A stretch of DNA of 64,000 nucleotides, from positions 4,945 to 68,944 of the forward strand of contig JBELHJ010000002.1 of the NCBI GenBank assembly GCA_042091495.1, written 5' to 3'. Every line of letters begins with the position of its first letter. The stretch's first letter is position 1. The translations under genes and the position numbers were made by a program. The notes under the pieces are model-generated. The model was not told the origin of the DNA. It saw only the letters and a list, made by a program, of their open reading frames with translations, and did not search any database. The stretch is from Bacteroidota bacterium. GTDB lineage: Bacteria > Bacteroidota > Bacteroidia > Flavobacteriales > Flavobacteriaceae. Below are positions 25,354-35,810 of this stretch, piece by piece.

Positions 25354-28320
25354 ATGAAAAGACTCATTAATTTGATGCTTTTGCTATTACTAGTTCATAC
25401 AGCTAAAGCTCAAGATTATTTTCCAGAAAATGGCAGTGTTAAAACTAAAAACACAACCGTTACAGCCATAACTAATAGTACAGTCTACGTAACCCCTGAG
25501 AAGGTCCTTAAAAATGCTACAATTCTTTTTCAAGAGGGTAAAATTTTAAAGTATGGTAAACGTATCAAAATCCCCAAGAATGCCATAATAATAGATGGAT
25601 CTGAAACATATATATATCCCTCTTTCATTGATTTAAATACCCATTTTGGTATAGACAAGCCCAAAATAAAAAGTGGATCAACTCAATACCATGCCAGTAG
25701 AAATGGATACTATTGGAACGACCATATTAGACCTGAGCAATCAGCTTTAAAATATTATAAATTTGATTCAAAAAAAGCACAAACCCTTCTTGAAAACGGT
25801 ATTGGTATTGTAAATACCCACATACCAGATGGCGTTATTAGAGGAACATCTGCTTTAATTACTCTTGATTTAAAAGGTAATAATGCCTCTCAAATAATTA
25901 ATGATGCGTCTGCTCAATTTTTATCTCTTAATAGAAGTGTTCAAACCAATCAAGCATACCCCAGTTCTATAATGGGAAGTGTGGCTTTAATTAAACAATT
26001 CTATATTGATGCTGAATGGTATCAAACAAATGAAAATGCAACTACAGATTTAGCTATTGAAGCTTACAATAAAAACTATAATTTACCTCAAATTTTTCTT
26101 GCAAAAAGTAAGGATAATTGTTTAAGAGCTGCCCAAATAGCTAACGCCTACAATATGGATTATATCCTAATGGCTGGTGGTGATGAATATGAACGTATAG
26201 ATCAAATTAAACAAACAAATGCAAAGTTTATTCTACCCGTAGATTTTCCAAAACCATATGATGCTGAAGATCCTTATTTGATTAAAAAAATTAGTTTAGG
26301 AGAAATGCGACAGTGGGCTCAAAAACCAGCTAATCCCAAACTTTTTAATGACAAAGAAATTCCATTTGCATTTACCATGTCTGGTCTTAAATCTGAAAAA
26401 GATTTTTTAACAAATATTAAAAAAGCAATTCACTACGGACTTCCAAAAACAGATGCCTTAAAAGCACTTACAACACATCCAGCAAAATTTATTAATAAGT
26501 CTCATCTAATCGGTTCATTAGAAGCGGGGCATTTAGCGAATTTTATTATAGCCTCTGGGGATATTTTTGATGATGACACGGTTATTTATGAACATTGGAT
26601 CAATGGACAGCCCCATATAATTCAAGATAGAAACACACCAGATTATAGAGGAACTTACAGTTTTGAAATTGATAAAACCAATTTCACGTTAGATATATCT
26701 GGAACAAAACGCTCGCCATCTGCAAAAATTACTAGTGATTCAATTACTTTAAAAAACACTTTGAAAGTCAAAGAGAATAATATAAATATAACTTTCAAAT
26801 CAAAAGACTCCCTAAACCAGAGATACAATAGGGTTTCAGCATCTTTAAATGGTGGAAATTTAGAGGGAAATCTTGTTGATACTGAAGGAAATATTTTTCA
26901 ATTTATGGGCAATAAACTTAAAGATTTTGAAGCTCCTGAAAAAAAGGAAAAAGAAAAACAAACTGCACCTTACCTTGCCAAAATCACTTATCCAAACAAA
27001 GCATTTGGTTTTGATAAGCTCCCTGAGTCTCAAATTCTATTAATTAAAAATGCAACCATTTGGACAAACGAAGAAGAAGGCATCTTGTATGAAACAGACC
27101 TTATTGTTAAAGATTGGAAAATTAATGCAATTGGAAAAAATTTAAAGGCACCTGGAGCTAAAGTAATTGACGCTAAGGGTAAACATTTGACTCCTGGAAT
27201 TATCGATGAACATTCACATATAGCTGCGGCCTCAATTAATGAAGGTGGACATAACTCATCTGCGGAGGTAAGTATTTTAGATGTTATTGAAGATCATGAC
27301 ATTAACATTTACAGAAATTTATCAGGAGGAGTTACAACCATTCAAATCTTACACGGATCAGCAAACCCCATTGGAGGACAATCTGCAATAATTAAGCTGA
27401 AATGGGGAGAACAAGCAGAAAACTTGAAATATAAAAATGCTCCTAAATTTATAAAATTTGCGCTTGGAGAAAATGTTAAACAATCCAATTGGGGTGGAAG
27501 AACACGTTTTCCTCAAACCAGAATGGGTGTTGAGCAATTGTATGTTGATTATTTTACCAGAGCCAAAAACTATGATGAAATTAAGAAAAGTGGCGCTGAT
27601 TATAGAAAAGACATTGAAATGGAAGTTATTGCTGAAATTTTAAATAAAGAACGTTTCATTTCTTGCCACTCTTATGTTCAGAGTGAAATTAATATGTTAA
27701 TGAAAGTTGCTGAAAAATTTAACTTTAACATTAATACATTCACACACATCCTTGAAGGTTACAAAGTTGCCGATAAAATGAAAGCTCACGGTGCTGGTGG
27801 ATCAACTTTTAGTGATTGGTGGGCCTATAAATATGAAGTTAATGATGCTATCCCGTATAACGCTGCAATAATGCACAATAACGGGGTGTTAACAGCAATT
27901 AACAGTGATGATGCAGAAATGGCAAGACGACTTAACCAAGAAGCAGCAAAGTCAATTAAATATGGTGGTGTTTCAGATGAAGACGCATTAAAATTTGTAA
28001 CACTTAATCCTGCAAAGCTTCTTCATATAGATGATAAGGTTGGTAGTATAAAAATTGGCAAAGATGCAGACTTGGTAATTTGGTCTGACCACCCACTGTC
28101 TGTTTATGCTAAGGCTGAAAAAACAATTATTGAGGGAACTGTTTATTTTGATTTAGAAACACATGAAAAATTAAAATCAGCTAACCGTAAAGAAAAAAAT
28201 ATTTTGATCAACAAGATGTTATTAGAAAAACAAGGAGGAAGTGCAACACGACCTGTTAGTACAAAAAAACCTCATCTGAAACACTGTGACTTTGAAAATC
28301 ATGAATTCATCAACAACTAG
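25354..28320 (+). CDS. secreted amidohydrolase-superfamily protein with two fused amidohydrolase-fold modules
   Basis: 988 aa with signal peptide. N-module has IYPSFIDLNTHFG and ends GSLEAGHLANFII. Charged linker EAPEKKEKEKQ. C-module has LTPGIIDEHSHIAA (canonical HxH) and ends GSIKIGKDADLVIW. Confidence 0.85.
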   Translation: MKRLINLMLLLLLVHTAKAQDYFPENGSVKTKNTTVTAITNSTVYVTPEKVLKNATILFQEGKILKYGKRIKIPKNAIIIDGSETYIYPSFIDLNTHFGIDKPKIKSGSTQYHASRNGYYWNDHIRPEQSALKYYKFDSKKAQTLLENGIGIVNTHIPDGVIRGTSALITLDLKGNNASQIINDASAQFLSLNRSVQTNQAYPSSIMGSVALIKQFYIDAEWYQTNENATTDLAIEAYNKNYNLPQIFLAKSKDNCLRAAQIANAYNMDYILMAGGDEYERIDQIKQTNAKFILPVDFPKPYDAEDPYLIKKISLGEMRQWAQKPANPKLFNDKEIPFAFTMSGLKSEKDFLTNIKKAIHYGLPKTDALKALTTHPAKFINKSHLIGSLEAGHLANFIIASGDIFDDDTVIYEHWINGQPHIIQDRNTPDYRGTYSFEIDKTNFTLDISGTKRSPSAKITSDSITLKNTLKVKENNINITFKSKDSLNQRYNRVSASLNGGNLEGNLVDTEGNIFQFMGNKLKDFEAPEKKEKEKQTAPYLAKITYPNKAFGFDKLPESQILLIKNATIWTNEEEGILYETDLIVKDWKINAIGKNLKAPGAKVIDAKGKHLTPGIIDEHSHIAAASINEGGHNSSAEVSILDVIEDHDINIYRNLSGGVTTIQILHGSANPIGGQSAIIKLKWGEQAENLKYKNAPKFIKFALGENVKQSNWGGRTRFPQTRMGVEQLYVDYFTRAKNYDEIKKSGADYRKDIEMEVIAEILNKERFISCHSYVQSEINMLMKVAEKFNFNINTFTHILEGYKVADKMKAHGAGGSTFSDWWAYKYEVNDAIPYNAAIMHNNGVLTAINSDDAEMARRLNQEAAKSIKYGGVSDEDALKFVTLNPAKLLHIDDKVGSIKIGKDADLVIWSDHPLSVYAKAEKTIIEGTVYFDLETHEKLKSANRKEKNILINKMLLEKQGGSATRPVSTKKPHLKHCDFENHEFINN

Positions 28321-28324
28321 TACT

Positions 28325-29623
28325 ATGAAAAAAATAATAATCTCTATTATTTGCTTGAATCTTTATTTTGGTTTTTCTCAACAAACTCCAGCTGAAGATC
28401 AAAATAAAACCATTGCTATAGTTGGGGGAACAACCCATGTTGGAAATGGAAATACAATTGAAAATAGTGCAATCATTTTTAAAGATGGTAAAATCACATT
28501 AATTGCAGATATGGCAACAATTAGAATTGATATGCGTGACATGCAAGTTATTGATGCTGGTGGAAAACATATTTACCCTGGTTTTATTGTTCCAAATAGC
28601 ACACTTGGTTTAGTAGAAATTGATGCGGTAAGAGCATCTGATGATGAACGTGAAATAGGAACAATGAACCCACATATTAGAAGCATTATTGCTTATAATG
28701 CTGAATCTAAAGTTGTTGAATCAATGAGACCTAATGGTGTGCTTATGGGGCAAATTACTCCCAGAGGAGGACGAATTTCAGGAACGTCATCTATTGTACA
28801 ATTCGATGCCTGGAATTGGGAAGATGCTTTAATTAAAGAAAATGATGGCATCCATATAAATTGGCCTAACACTTTTGTAAGAGGTAGATGGTGGATGGGG
28901 GAAAGTGATGATTTAAAACCAAATAAATCATACAGTAAACAAGTAGAGGCCTTGAATCAATTTATTATTAGTGCTAAAGCACATAATACAAAACCAACTT
29001 CATCACACTTGCCTTTTGAAGCTATGAAATTGGTAATTGATAAATCTAGTCGTTTATTTTTTCATGTCAACGATGAAAAAGGCATCAAAGATGTCATTCA
29101 TTTTGCAAAAAAACATGACTTAGGGTCAGTTACCATTGTTGGAGCAGCAGAATCACACTTGGTAAAAGAAGTACTAAAGAAAAATAATATTTCTGTATTA
29201 TTAAGAAGAGTTCATTCACTACCAGTAAATGAAGACGATTCCGTAGATTTACCATTTGTAACTGCTAAAATTTTAGATGATGCTGGGGTACTAGTTGGTC
29301 TAGAAACTTCAGGTGACATGGAGCGAATGAATTCGAGAAACCTCCCTTTTTATGCTGGTACGGTTGCGGCTCATGGTGTTGATAAAGAAAACGCATTGAG
29401 AATGATAACTCTAAATACAGCAAAAATATTAGGAATAGATAAAACATATGGTAGTATTGAAACTGGAAAACAAGCTACGTTATTTATATCTGATGGGGAT
29501 GCCCTAGACATGAGAACTAATAAAGTATCTCATGCCTTTATAGATGGTAGACAAATTTCACTAAAAACACATCAAACTCAACTTTGGAAAAAATATTCAA
29601 ATAAGTTTAAGGCTAAAAAATAA
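28325..29623 (+). CDS. secreted amidohydrolase-family protein (HxH motif not conserved)
   Basis: Start placed at MKKIIISIICL (signal peptide), 5 nt after the upstream stop. IYPGFIVPNSTLG occupies the place of the HxH strand. C-terminal GSIETGKQATLFISDGD is typical of the family. Confidence 0.8.
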   Translation: MKKIIISIICLNLYFGFSQQTPAEDQNKTIAIVGGTTHVGNGNTIENSAIIFKDGKITLIADMATIRIDMRDMQVIDAGGKHIYPGFIVPNSTLGLVEIDAVRASDDEREIGTMNPHIRSIIAYNAESKVVESMRPNGVLMGQITPRGGRISGTSSIVQFDAWNWEDALIKENDGIHINWPNTFVRGRWWMGESDDLKPNKSYSKQVEALNQFIISAKAHNTKPTSSHLPFEAMKLVIDKSSRLFFHVNDEKGIKDVIHFAKKHDLGSVTIVGAAESHLVKEVLKKNNISVLLRRVHSLPVNEDDSVDLPFVTAKILDDAGVLVGLETSGDMERMNSRNLPFYAGTVAAHGVDKENALRMITLNTAKILGIDKTYGSIETGKQATLFISDGDALDMRTNKVSHAFIDGRQISLKTHQTQLWKKYSNKFKAKK

Positions 29624-29659
29624 ATAAATTGTTAGGGTTTTGATGTATTTTTGAACCTA

Positions 29660-30457
29660 ATGATAAAAACCATTTCCAGCATACAAAACCCTACAATAAA
29701 ACACTTTCTTACTCTGAATGAAAAATCCAGATTAAGAAAAAAAAGTGGTGAATTCTTAATTGAAGGGGAACGAGAAATTTTTTTAGCTCTGGCTGGTGGA
29801 TACGTAATTAAACAACTTATTTTCTCAGAGGATATTTTTGATACTTCAAAAATACCTGACTTTGGATTAGATGAAAGTCAATGCATTCATGTAACTGCTG
29901 CTATATATGAGAAGTTGGCTTACAGAAAATCTACAGAAGGTGTCATAGCACTTGCTAAATCTAGAATAAATCCCCTCGAATCTTTAGAATTCTCAACATC
30001 TTCACCACTTATTATTGTTGCAGAAGCTCCCGAAAAACCAGGTAACATAGGTGCTTTATTAAGAACATGTGATGCGGCTAATGTTGACGCTGTTATCATA
30101 GCAAATCCTAAAACCGACTTTTATAATCCCAATATTATTAGATCTAGTGTGGGATGCCTTTTTACTAATCAAATAGCTAGTGGCACAACTTCAGAGATTA
30201 TTACCTTTTTGAAAAAAAATAACATTGCTATTTTTTGTGCGGCTTTACAAGCATCAAAATCATACCACCTAGAAAATTTCACAGAACCATCTGCAATTGT
30301 GGTTGGGACTGAAGCCTCTGGTCTTAGTAATGAGTGGCTTGAAAATTCAGATCATAATATTATTATTCCAATGCAAGGGAAAATTGATTCTATGAATGTT
30401 TCCGTAGCAGCTGGAATTATTATTTTTGAAGCCAAAAGACAACGTCAATTTAAATAA
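29660..30457 (+). CDS. TrmH/SpoU-family RNA 2'-O-methyltransferase
   Basis: SpoU motifs EKPGNIGALLRTCDAANV, VGTEASGLS, IPMQGKIDSMNVSVAAGI. The ORF-track start is a TTG at 29651; the ATG at 29660 is more likely. Confidence 0.85.
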   Translation: MIKTISSIQNPTIKHFLTLNEKSRLRKKSGEFLIEGEREIFLALAGGYVIKQLIFSEDIFDTSKIPDFGLDESQCIHVTAAIYEKLAYRKSTEGVIALAKSRINPLESLEFSTSSPLIIVAEAPEKPGNIGALLRTCDAANVDAVIIANPKTDFYNPNIIRSSVGCLFTNQIASGTTSEIITFLKKNNIAIFCAALQASKSYHLENFTEPSAIVVGTEASGLSNEWLENSDHNIIIPMQGKIDSMNVSVAAGIIIFEAKRQRQFK

Positions 30458-30461
30458 ATTC

Positions 30462-31697
30462 ATGAATTCTCCTGAAACCATTTTTTATATTATCATTGGA
30501 ATACTGGTATTAAACTTTGTAAAAGACAAAGTTTTAGACAGTCTTAATGCCTCCAGATTTAACAGTGATTTACCAACTGAACTTGAAAATATTTACGATG
30601 AAAGTGAGTATCAAAAATCACAAAATTATAAATCAACTAATTTTAAGTTTAGCCTATTCAGTTCTGTTTTTTCATTTGTTGTCACACTTTCATTTTTAAT
30701 TTTTGGTGGCTTTAAGTTTGTCGATGACTTGGCTAGATCATTTTCAGATTTATCAATCATTATAGCATTACTGTTTTTTGGTATAATTTCAATTGGAAAT
30801 ACTTTAATTTCAATTCCTTTTTCTTACTACAAAACATTTGTTATAGAATCTAAGTTTGGTTTTAATAAGTCTACCAAAACCATCTTTTTTACGGATCTTT
30901 TAAAAGGCATTGTGATGTCTGTAATTATTGGCGGTCCAATTCTTGCTTTAATAGTATGGTTTTACAATATAACAAGCACATACTTTTGGCTTTATGCGTG
31001 GGGTCTTATTACAATTTTTTCTTTATTCATGAACATGTTTTATGCCAGATTAATTGTGCCTATTTTTAATAAACAAACTCCCATTGAAGAGGGAAGTTTA
31101 AAAACCAAAATAGCCAGTTATGCAGAAAGTGTAGGTTTTAGTCTGAAAAAAATTTTCATCATTGACGGATCTAAACGAAGTACAAAGGCAAATGCTTATT
31201 TCTCTGGTTTTGGAAAAGAAAAACGTGTTACTCTCTATGATACTTTAATAAATGATTTAACAGAGGAAGAAATTGTTGCTGTTTTAGCACATGAAGTAGG
31301 TCATTATAAGAAAAAGCATATCATCTTCAATCTAATTGCATCTATTTTGCTTACGGGAATTACGTTATATCTACTATCAATTTTTATAGCAAACCCTAAT
31401 TTATCCCTAGCAATAGGAGTTTCAATACCAAGTTTTCATGCTTCACTAATTGCCTTTAGTTTGTTATATGCGCCTATTAGCGAAATTACTGGTTTAGTTA
31501 TGAATTATATTTCCAGAGCCTTTGAATATCAAGCCGATGCTTATGCGCAAACAACCTATATGGCCGAACCTTTAATTGATGCTTTAAAAAAATTATCAAG
31601 TAAAAGTCTGAGTAATTTAACGCCTCATGCTGCTTATGTCTTTTATCATTATTCTCATCCCACTTTATTGGAGCGTATTAAACAGTTGAAAAAATAG
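30462..31697 (+). CDS. M48-family (Ste24/HtpX-like) membrane zinc metallopeptidase
   Basis: Multi-TM N-terminal region, HEXXH motif LAHEVGHYKKKH, C-terminal HPTLLERI. ATG at 30462 follows the TrmH stop. Confidence 0.85.
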   Translation: MNSPETIFYIIIGILVLNFVKDKVLDSLNASRFNSDLPTELENIYDESEYQKSQNYKSTNFKFSLFSSVFSFVVTLSFLIFGGFKFVDDLARSFSDLSIIIALLFFGIISIGNTLISIPFSYYKTFVIESKFGFNKSTKTIFFTDLLKGIVMSVIIGGPILALIVWFYNITSTYFWLYAWGLITIFSLFMNMFYARLIVPIFNKQTPIEEGSLKTKIASYAESVGFSLKKIFIIDGSKRSTKANAYFSGFGKEKRVTLYDTLINDLTEEEIVAVLAHEVGHYKKKHIIFNLIASILLTGITLYLLSIFIANPNLSLAIGVSIPSFHASLIAFSLLYAPISEITGLVMNYISRAFEYQADAYAQTTYMAEPLIDALKKLSSKSLSNLTPHAAYVFYHYSHPTLLERIKQLKK

Positions 31698-31755
31698 GTA
31701 TTAAACTGTAAAATTCTAGTTGTTTGTTAATAGGCTATTGTTTATTTTAGTTTTC

Positions 31756-33966
31756 ATGACAGACGTTGACATCGAACAAGAAAATGCAGCTATAGCAAAA
31801 GCCTACAGAGAATTACTTAGAGTTAGTTATTTCACTTTAAGTAATAAGGATAAAAAAATGATCCGTCAAGCCTTTGATGTTGCATTGGATGCACATAAAA
31901 CTCAGAGAAGAAAATCTGGTGAAGCTTACATTTTTCATCCTCTTGCTGTTGCCAAAATTGTGGCCTATGAAATTGGAATGGATGCAACGAGTATTGCCGC
32001 TGCACTTTTACATGATGTAGTAGAAGATTCGGATGATTACAGCATGAATGACATTCAACAAATGTTTGGTGAAACTGTAGCAAGAATTGTTGATGGTTTA
32101 ACCAAAATTTCAGCAACATCTAAGAAAACAGATATTTCATTACAAGCTGAGAATTTCAAGAAAATGCTTCTTACCCTCAACGAAGATGTTAGGGTAATAA
32201 TAATCAAAATTGCAGACCGTTTACATAACATGCAAACCATGGGATCAATGCGCCCAGATAAACAGGAAAAAATTGCATCTGAAACGCTTTACATATATGC
32301 CCCTCTTGCTCACCGCATTGGTTTGTACAATATTAAAACTGAACTTGAAGACCTTGGTATGAAATATACAGAGTCAGAGGTCTATAATGATATTTTATCA
32401 AAACTTGAAGATACTAAAGAAGAACAAGATACCTATATCAAAGATTTTTCTCAGATTCTAAAGAAAAAAATTGATAATGCAAACATAGCATACGAGATTA
32501 AGGGACGCCCTAAATCCATTTTCTCTATCCGAAGAAAAATGGTAAAACAAGGGGTAAGTTTCGAAGAAGTTTATGATAAGTTTGCTATTAGAATTATTTA
32601 TAAATCCGACATAGAAAATGAGAAATTCCTAGCTTGGAAAATATATTCTATTGTTACAGATTATTTCACTCCTAACCCAATAAGGCTTAGAGACTGGATT
32701 TCATCGCCAAAGTCCACTGGCTATGAAGCGCTTCACATTACAGTTATGGGGCCAAAAAACCGATGGGTTGAAGTTCAAATACGAAGTGAGCGCATGAATG
32801 AAATAGCTGAGAAAGGTTACGCTGCTCACTACAAATATAAACAAGGAAACCATGAAGAAGACGATGCACTTGATGTATGGATAAATAAACTTCAGGAAGC
32901 CCTTGAAAGCAATGAAAGTAATGCTGTTGACTTTGTAGAACAGTTTAAACTTAACTTATATTCTAAAGAAATTTTTGTGTTTTCTCCCAAAGGAGATTTA
33001 AAATCACTACCAAAGGGTTCTACGCCATTAGATTTTGCTTTTAGCATCCATACAGAAATAGGAATGAAAACAAGAGGTGCTAAAGTTAATGGGAAATTAG
33101 TGCCATTAAGCCATGAATTAAATAGTGGTGATCACGTAGAAATTTTAACCTCAGACAATGCCAAGCCCAATTCCAACTGGCTAGACTATGCTACTACAGC
33201 AAGAGCAAGAAGTAAAATTAAATCATCACTCAAAGAGGACAAAAAACGTATTGGAGAAGATGGTAAAGAAATTTTAAGAAGAAAACTCAAACAACTTAAA
33301 ATAACTTTAAATGAAAAAACCGTAAACGAACTTGTACTCCACTTCAAATTAAAAACTAGTTTAGATTTATTTTATAGAATTGGTATTGGCACTATAGACA
33401 ATAGCATGTTAAAAGACTATGTTTCAACAAGAAACAATGTGATAATGAGTTTTATAAAAAAACGCATTAGAAAACAGGAGCTTCCTAAAGACATCGATAA
33501 AGATGAAGTTACCTCTAAATTTGATATGTTGGTCTTTGGTAAAGAAGAAGAGCGATTAAACTATAAAACTGCCAATTGTTGTAACCCTATTCCTGGCGAC
33601 CAAGTATTTGGATTTGTTACCATTAACGAAGGTATAAAGATTCATAAAAAAGACTGTCCTAATGCATTGAGTCTTCAATCCAATTATGCCTACCGTATAA
33701 TGAATGCCAAATGGATAGACTCAACACAACAAGATTTTACATCTTTAATTACTATATCAGGAATAGATAAACTTGGTTTAATTAACAACATAACTAAAGT
33801 TATTTCTAATAATATGCATGTTAACATCAAGAGTATGAATTTTCAAACAGATGATGGTGTATTTAATGGAAAAATTAATGTTGTGGTAAAAAATATAACA
33901 ATGTTGAATAGACTGATTCAGAACCTTAAGAAAATTAATGGTATTGATAAGGTCTCTAGAGTCTAA
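31756..33966 (+). CDS. bifunctional (p)ppGpp synthetase/hydrolase, RelA/SpoT family
   Basis: HD hydrolase motif (HPLAVA...LLHDVVED), synthetase domain (GRPKSIFSIRRKM, ALHITV), TGS (IFVFSPKGDLKSLPKGSTPLDFAF) and C-terminal ACT-like domain. ATG at 31756 is preferred to the TTG at 31720. Confidence 0.95.
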   Translation: MTDVDIEQENAAIAKAYRELLRVSYFTLSNKDKKMIRQAFDVALDAHKTQRRKSGEAYIFHPLAVAKIVAYEIGMDATSIAAALLHDVVEDSDDYSMNDIQQMFGETVARIVDGLTKISATSKKTDISLQAENFKKMLLTLNEDVRVIIIKIADRLHNMQTMGSMRPDKQEKIASETLYIYAPLAHRIGLYNIKTELEDLGMKYTESEVYNDILSKLEDTKEEQDTYIKDFSQILKKKIDNANIAYEIKGRPKSIFSIRRKMVKQGVSFEEVYDKFAIRIIYKSDIENEKFLAWKIYSIVTDYFTPNPIRLRDWISSPKSTGYEALHITVMGPKNRWVEVQIRSERMNEIAEKGYAAHYKYKQGNHEEDDALDVWINKLQEALESNESNAVDFVEQFKLNLYSKEIFVFSPKGDLKSLPKGSTPLDFAFSIHTEIGMKTRGAKVNGKLVPLSHELNSGDHVEILTSDNAKPNSNWLDYATTARARSKIKSSLKEDKKRIGEDGKEILRRKLKQLKITLNEKTVNELVLHFKLKTSLDLFYRIGIGTIDNSMLKDYVSTRNNVIMSFIKKRIRKQELPKDIDKDEVTSKFDMLVFGKEEERLNYKTANCCNPIPGDQVFGFVTINEGIKIHKKDCPNALSLQSNYAYRIMNAKWIDSTQQDFTSLITISGIDKLGLINNITKVISNNMHVNIKSMNFQTDDGVFNGKINVVVKNITMLNRLIQNLKKINGIDKVSRV

Positions 33967-33993
33967 TTTTTATTAAATTTGTTCGCGGTTATT

Positions 33994-34443
33994 ATGGATG
34001 ATACTAAACAGACAAATCAGGAAATTGTTAAAAACGTATTCACTAGTTTTCTAGAAGAAAAGGGGCATCGAAAAACCCCTGAACGCTATGCTATACTTCA
34101 CGAAATTTACAATAGTGAGGAGCATTTTGACATTGAGTCTCTGTACATCAAAATGAAAAATAAAAACTATAGAGTTAGCAGAGCTACACTCTACAACACC
34201 ATAGAATTGTTACTTGAATGTGCTTTAGTAAGAAAGCATCAATTTGGACAAAGTCAGGCTCATTATGAGAAATCATACTTTGATAAACAACATGACCACG
34301 TTATTCTTACTGACAGTGGTGAAGTTATTGAATTTTGTGACCCTAGAATTCAATCCATAAAAAAGACCATTGAAGAAATCTTCGACATCAAAATTCATAA
34401 TCATTCACTATACTTTTACGGCAACCGTAACAAAAAACAATAA
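33994..34443 (+). CDS. Fur-family transcriptional repressor (no CxxC pairs)
   Basis: Winged helix [14 protein letters not shown]...[17 protein letters not shown] motif (KQHDHVIL). No CxxC pairs visible. Confidence 0.8.
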   Translation: MDDTKQTNQEIVKNVFTSFLEEKGHRKTPERYAILHEIYNSEEHFDIESLYIKMKNKNYRVSRATLYNTIELLLECALVRKHQFGQSQAHYEKSYFDKQHDHVILTDSGEVIEFCDPRIQSIKKTIEEIFDIKIHNHSLYFYGNRNKKQ

Positions 34444-34448
34444 CTAAA

Positions 34449-35720
34449 ATGGCAGTAGATTTACTACTAGGATTGCAATGGGGAGACGAAGGAAAAGGAA
34501 AAATCGTTGACGTTCTGACCTCCAAATACAACATCATTGCTAGATTTCAAGGAGGACCTAACGCAGGACACACCCTAGTTTTCAATGGAAAAAAACACGT
34601 CTTACATACTATTCCTTCTGGAATTTTTCATGATAACACAATAAACCTTGTTGGTAACGGCGTTGTTATTGATCCAGTGATTTTTAAAAAAGAATTGGAT
34701 AAACTAGATGAACAAGGTGTTGACTATAAGAAATCACTTTTAATTTCTAGAAAAGCTCATATTATTTTGCCAACACATAGGTTATTAGATGCTGCAAGTG
34801 AAGCTTCTAAAGGTAAAGCTAAAATTGGTTCAACTCTTAAAGGTATTGGACCTACTTATATGGATAAAACCGGAAGAAATGGTATAAGAGTTGGTGATAT
34901 AGAGTTATCTGATTGGAAAAAGCGCTACAGAACCTTAGCTGATAAACATGAAGCTATGATTTCTTTTTACAATGTTGATATTCAATATGATCTTAATGAG
35001 CTTGAACTAGAGTTTTTTGAAGCTGTTGAAACTTTAAAATCTTTAAAATTTATTGATTCTGAAGAGTTTATTCACCAAGCCCAACATAATGAAGAGTCTA
35101 TTTTAGCTGAAGGAGCCCAAGGATCCTTACTTGATATTGATTTTGGAACTTATCCATTTGTCACTTCATCTAACACTACTGCAGCAGGTGCTTGCACAGG
35201 TTTAGGTGTTGCACCAAATACAATTGGAGATGTTTTTGGAATTTTCAAGGCTTACACAACCCGTGTTGGATCAGGACCTTTCCCTACAGAACTTTTTGAT
35301 AAAGATGGTGAAACTATGGCTAAAGTAGGACATGAATTTGGTGCAACTACAGGGAGACCCAGACGCTGTGGATGGTTAGATTTAGTTGCGCTAAAATATG
35401 CTTGTCAAGTTAACGGTGTAACACAACTTATTATGATGAAAGGTGATGTGCTTTCTGGTTTTAAAACCTTAAAAGTTTGTACATCCTATATTTATAAAGG
35501 TGCTGAAATTTCTCATCTTCCTTTCAATATAGAAGAAGAGAACGTTTCTCCTGTTTATACTGAATTTAAAGGATGGAAAGAAGATTTAACTGCAATTAGT
35601 GATTCTAAAAACCTCCCTAATGAATTCAATTCATATGTTGCATTTATAGAGAACTATTTAAATCTACCCATAACTATAGTCTCTGTGGGTCCAGATAGAA
35701 AACAAACTATAATAAGATAA
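34449..35720 (+). CDS. purA: adenylosuccinate synthase
   Basis: 423 aa. GLQWGDEGKGKIVD P-loop, GIGPTYMDK, GTTGRPRRCGWLD. Confidence 0.97.
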   Translation: MAVDLLLGLQWGDEGKGKIVDVLTSKYNIIARFQGGPNAGHTLVFNGKKHVLHTIPSGIFHDNTINLVGNGVVIDPVIFKKELDKLDEQGVDYKKSLLISRKAHIILPTHRLLDAASEASKGKAKIGSTLKGIGPTYMDKTGRNGIRVGDIELSDWKKRYRTLADKHEAMISFYNVDIQYDLNELELEFFEAVETLKSLKFIDSEEFIHQAQHNEESILAEGAQGSLLDIDFGTYPFVTSSNTTAAGACTGLGVAPNTIGDVFGIFKAYTTRVGSGPFPTELFDKDGETMAKVGHEFGATTGRPRRCGWLDLVALKYACQVNGVTQLIMMKGDVLSGFKTLKVCTSYIYKGAEISHLPFNIEEENVSPVYTEFKGWKEDLTAISDSKNLPNEFNSYVAFIENYLNLPITIVSVGPDRKQTIIR

Positions 35721-35739
35721 CTTTTTAAATATAAAGATT

Positions 35740-35771
35740 AGCCTGTTAGTATATGACTGACAGGCTTTTTT
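35740..35771 (+). terminator. rho-independent terminator after purA
   Basis: AGCCTGTTAGT / ACTGACAGGCT stem (one G-U pair), loop ATATG, then TTTTTT. Confidence 0.7.
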
Positions 35772-35810
35772 CGTTAAAAAACCTATAACGCTCAATACGC
35801 ACAGAATAAT

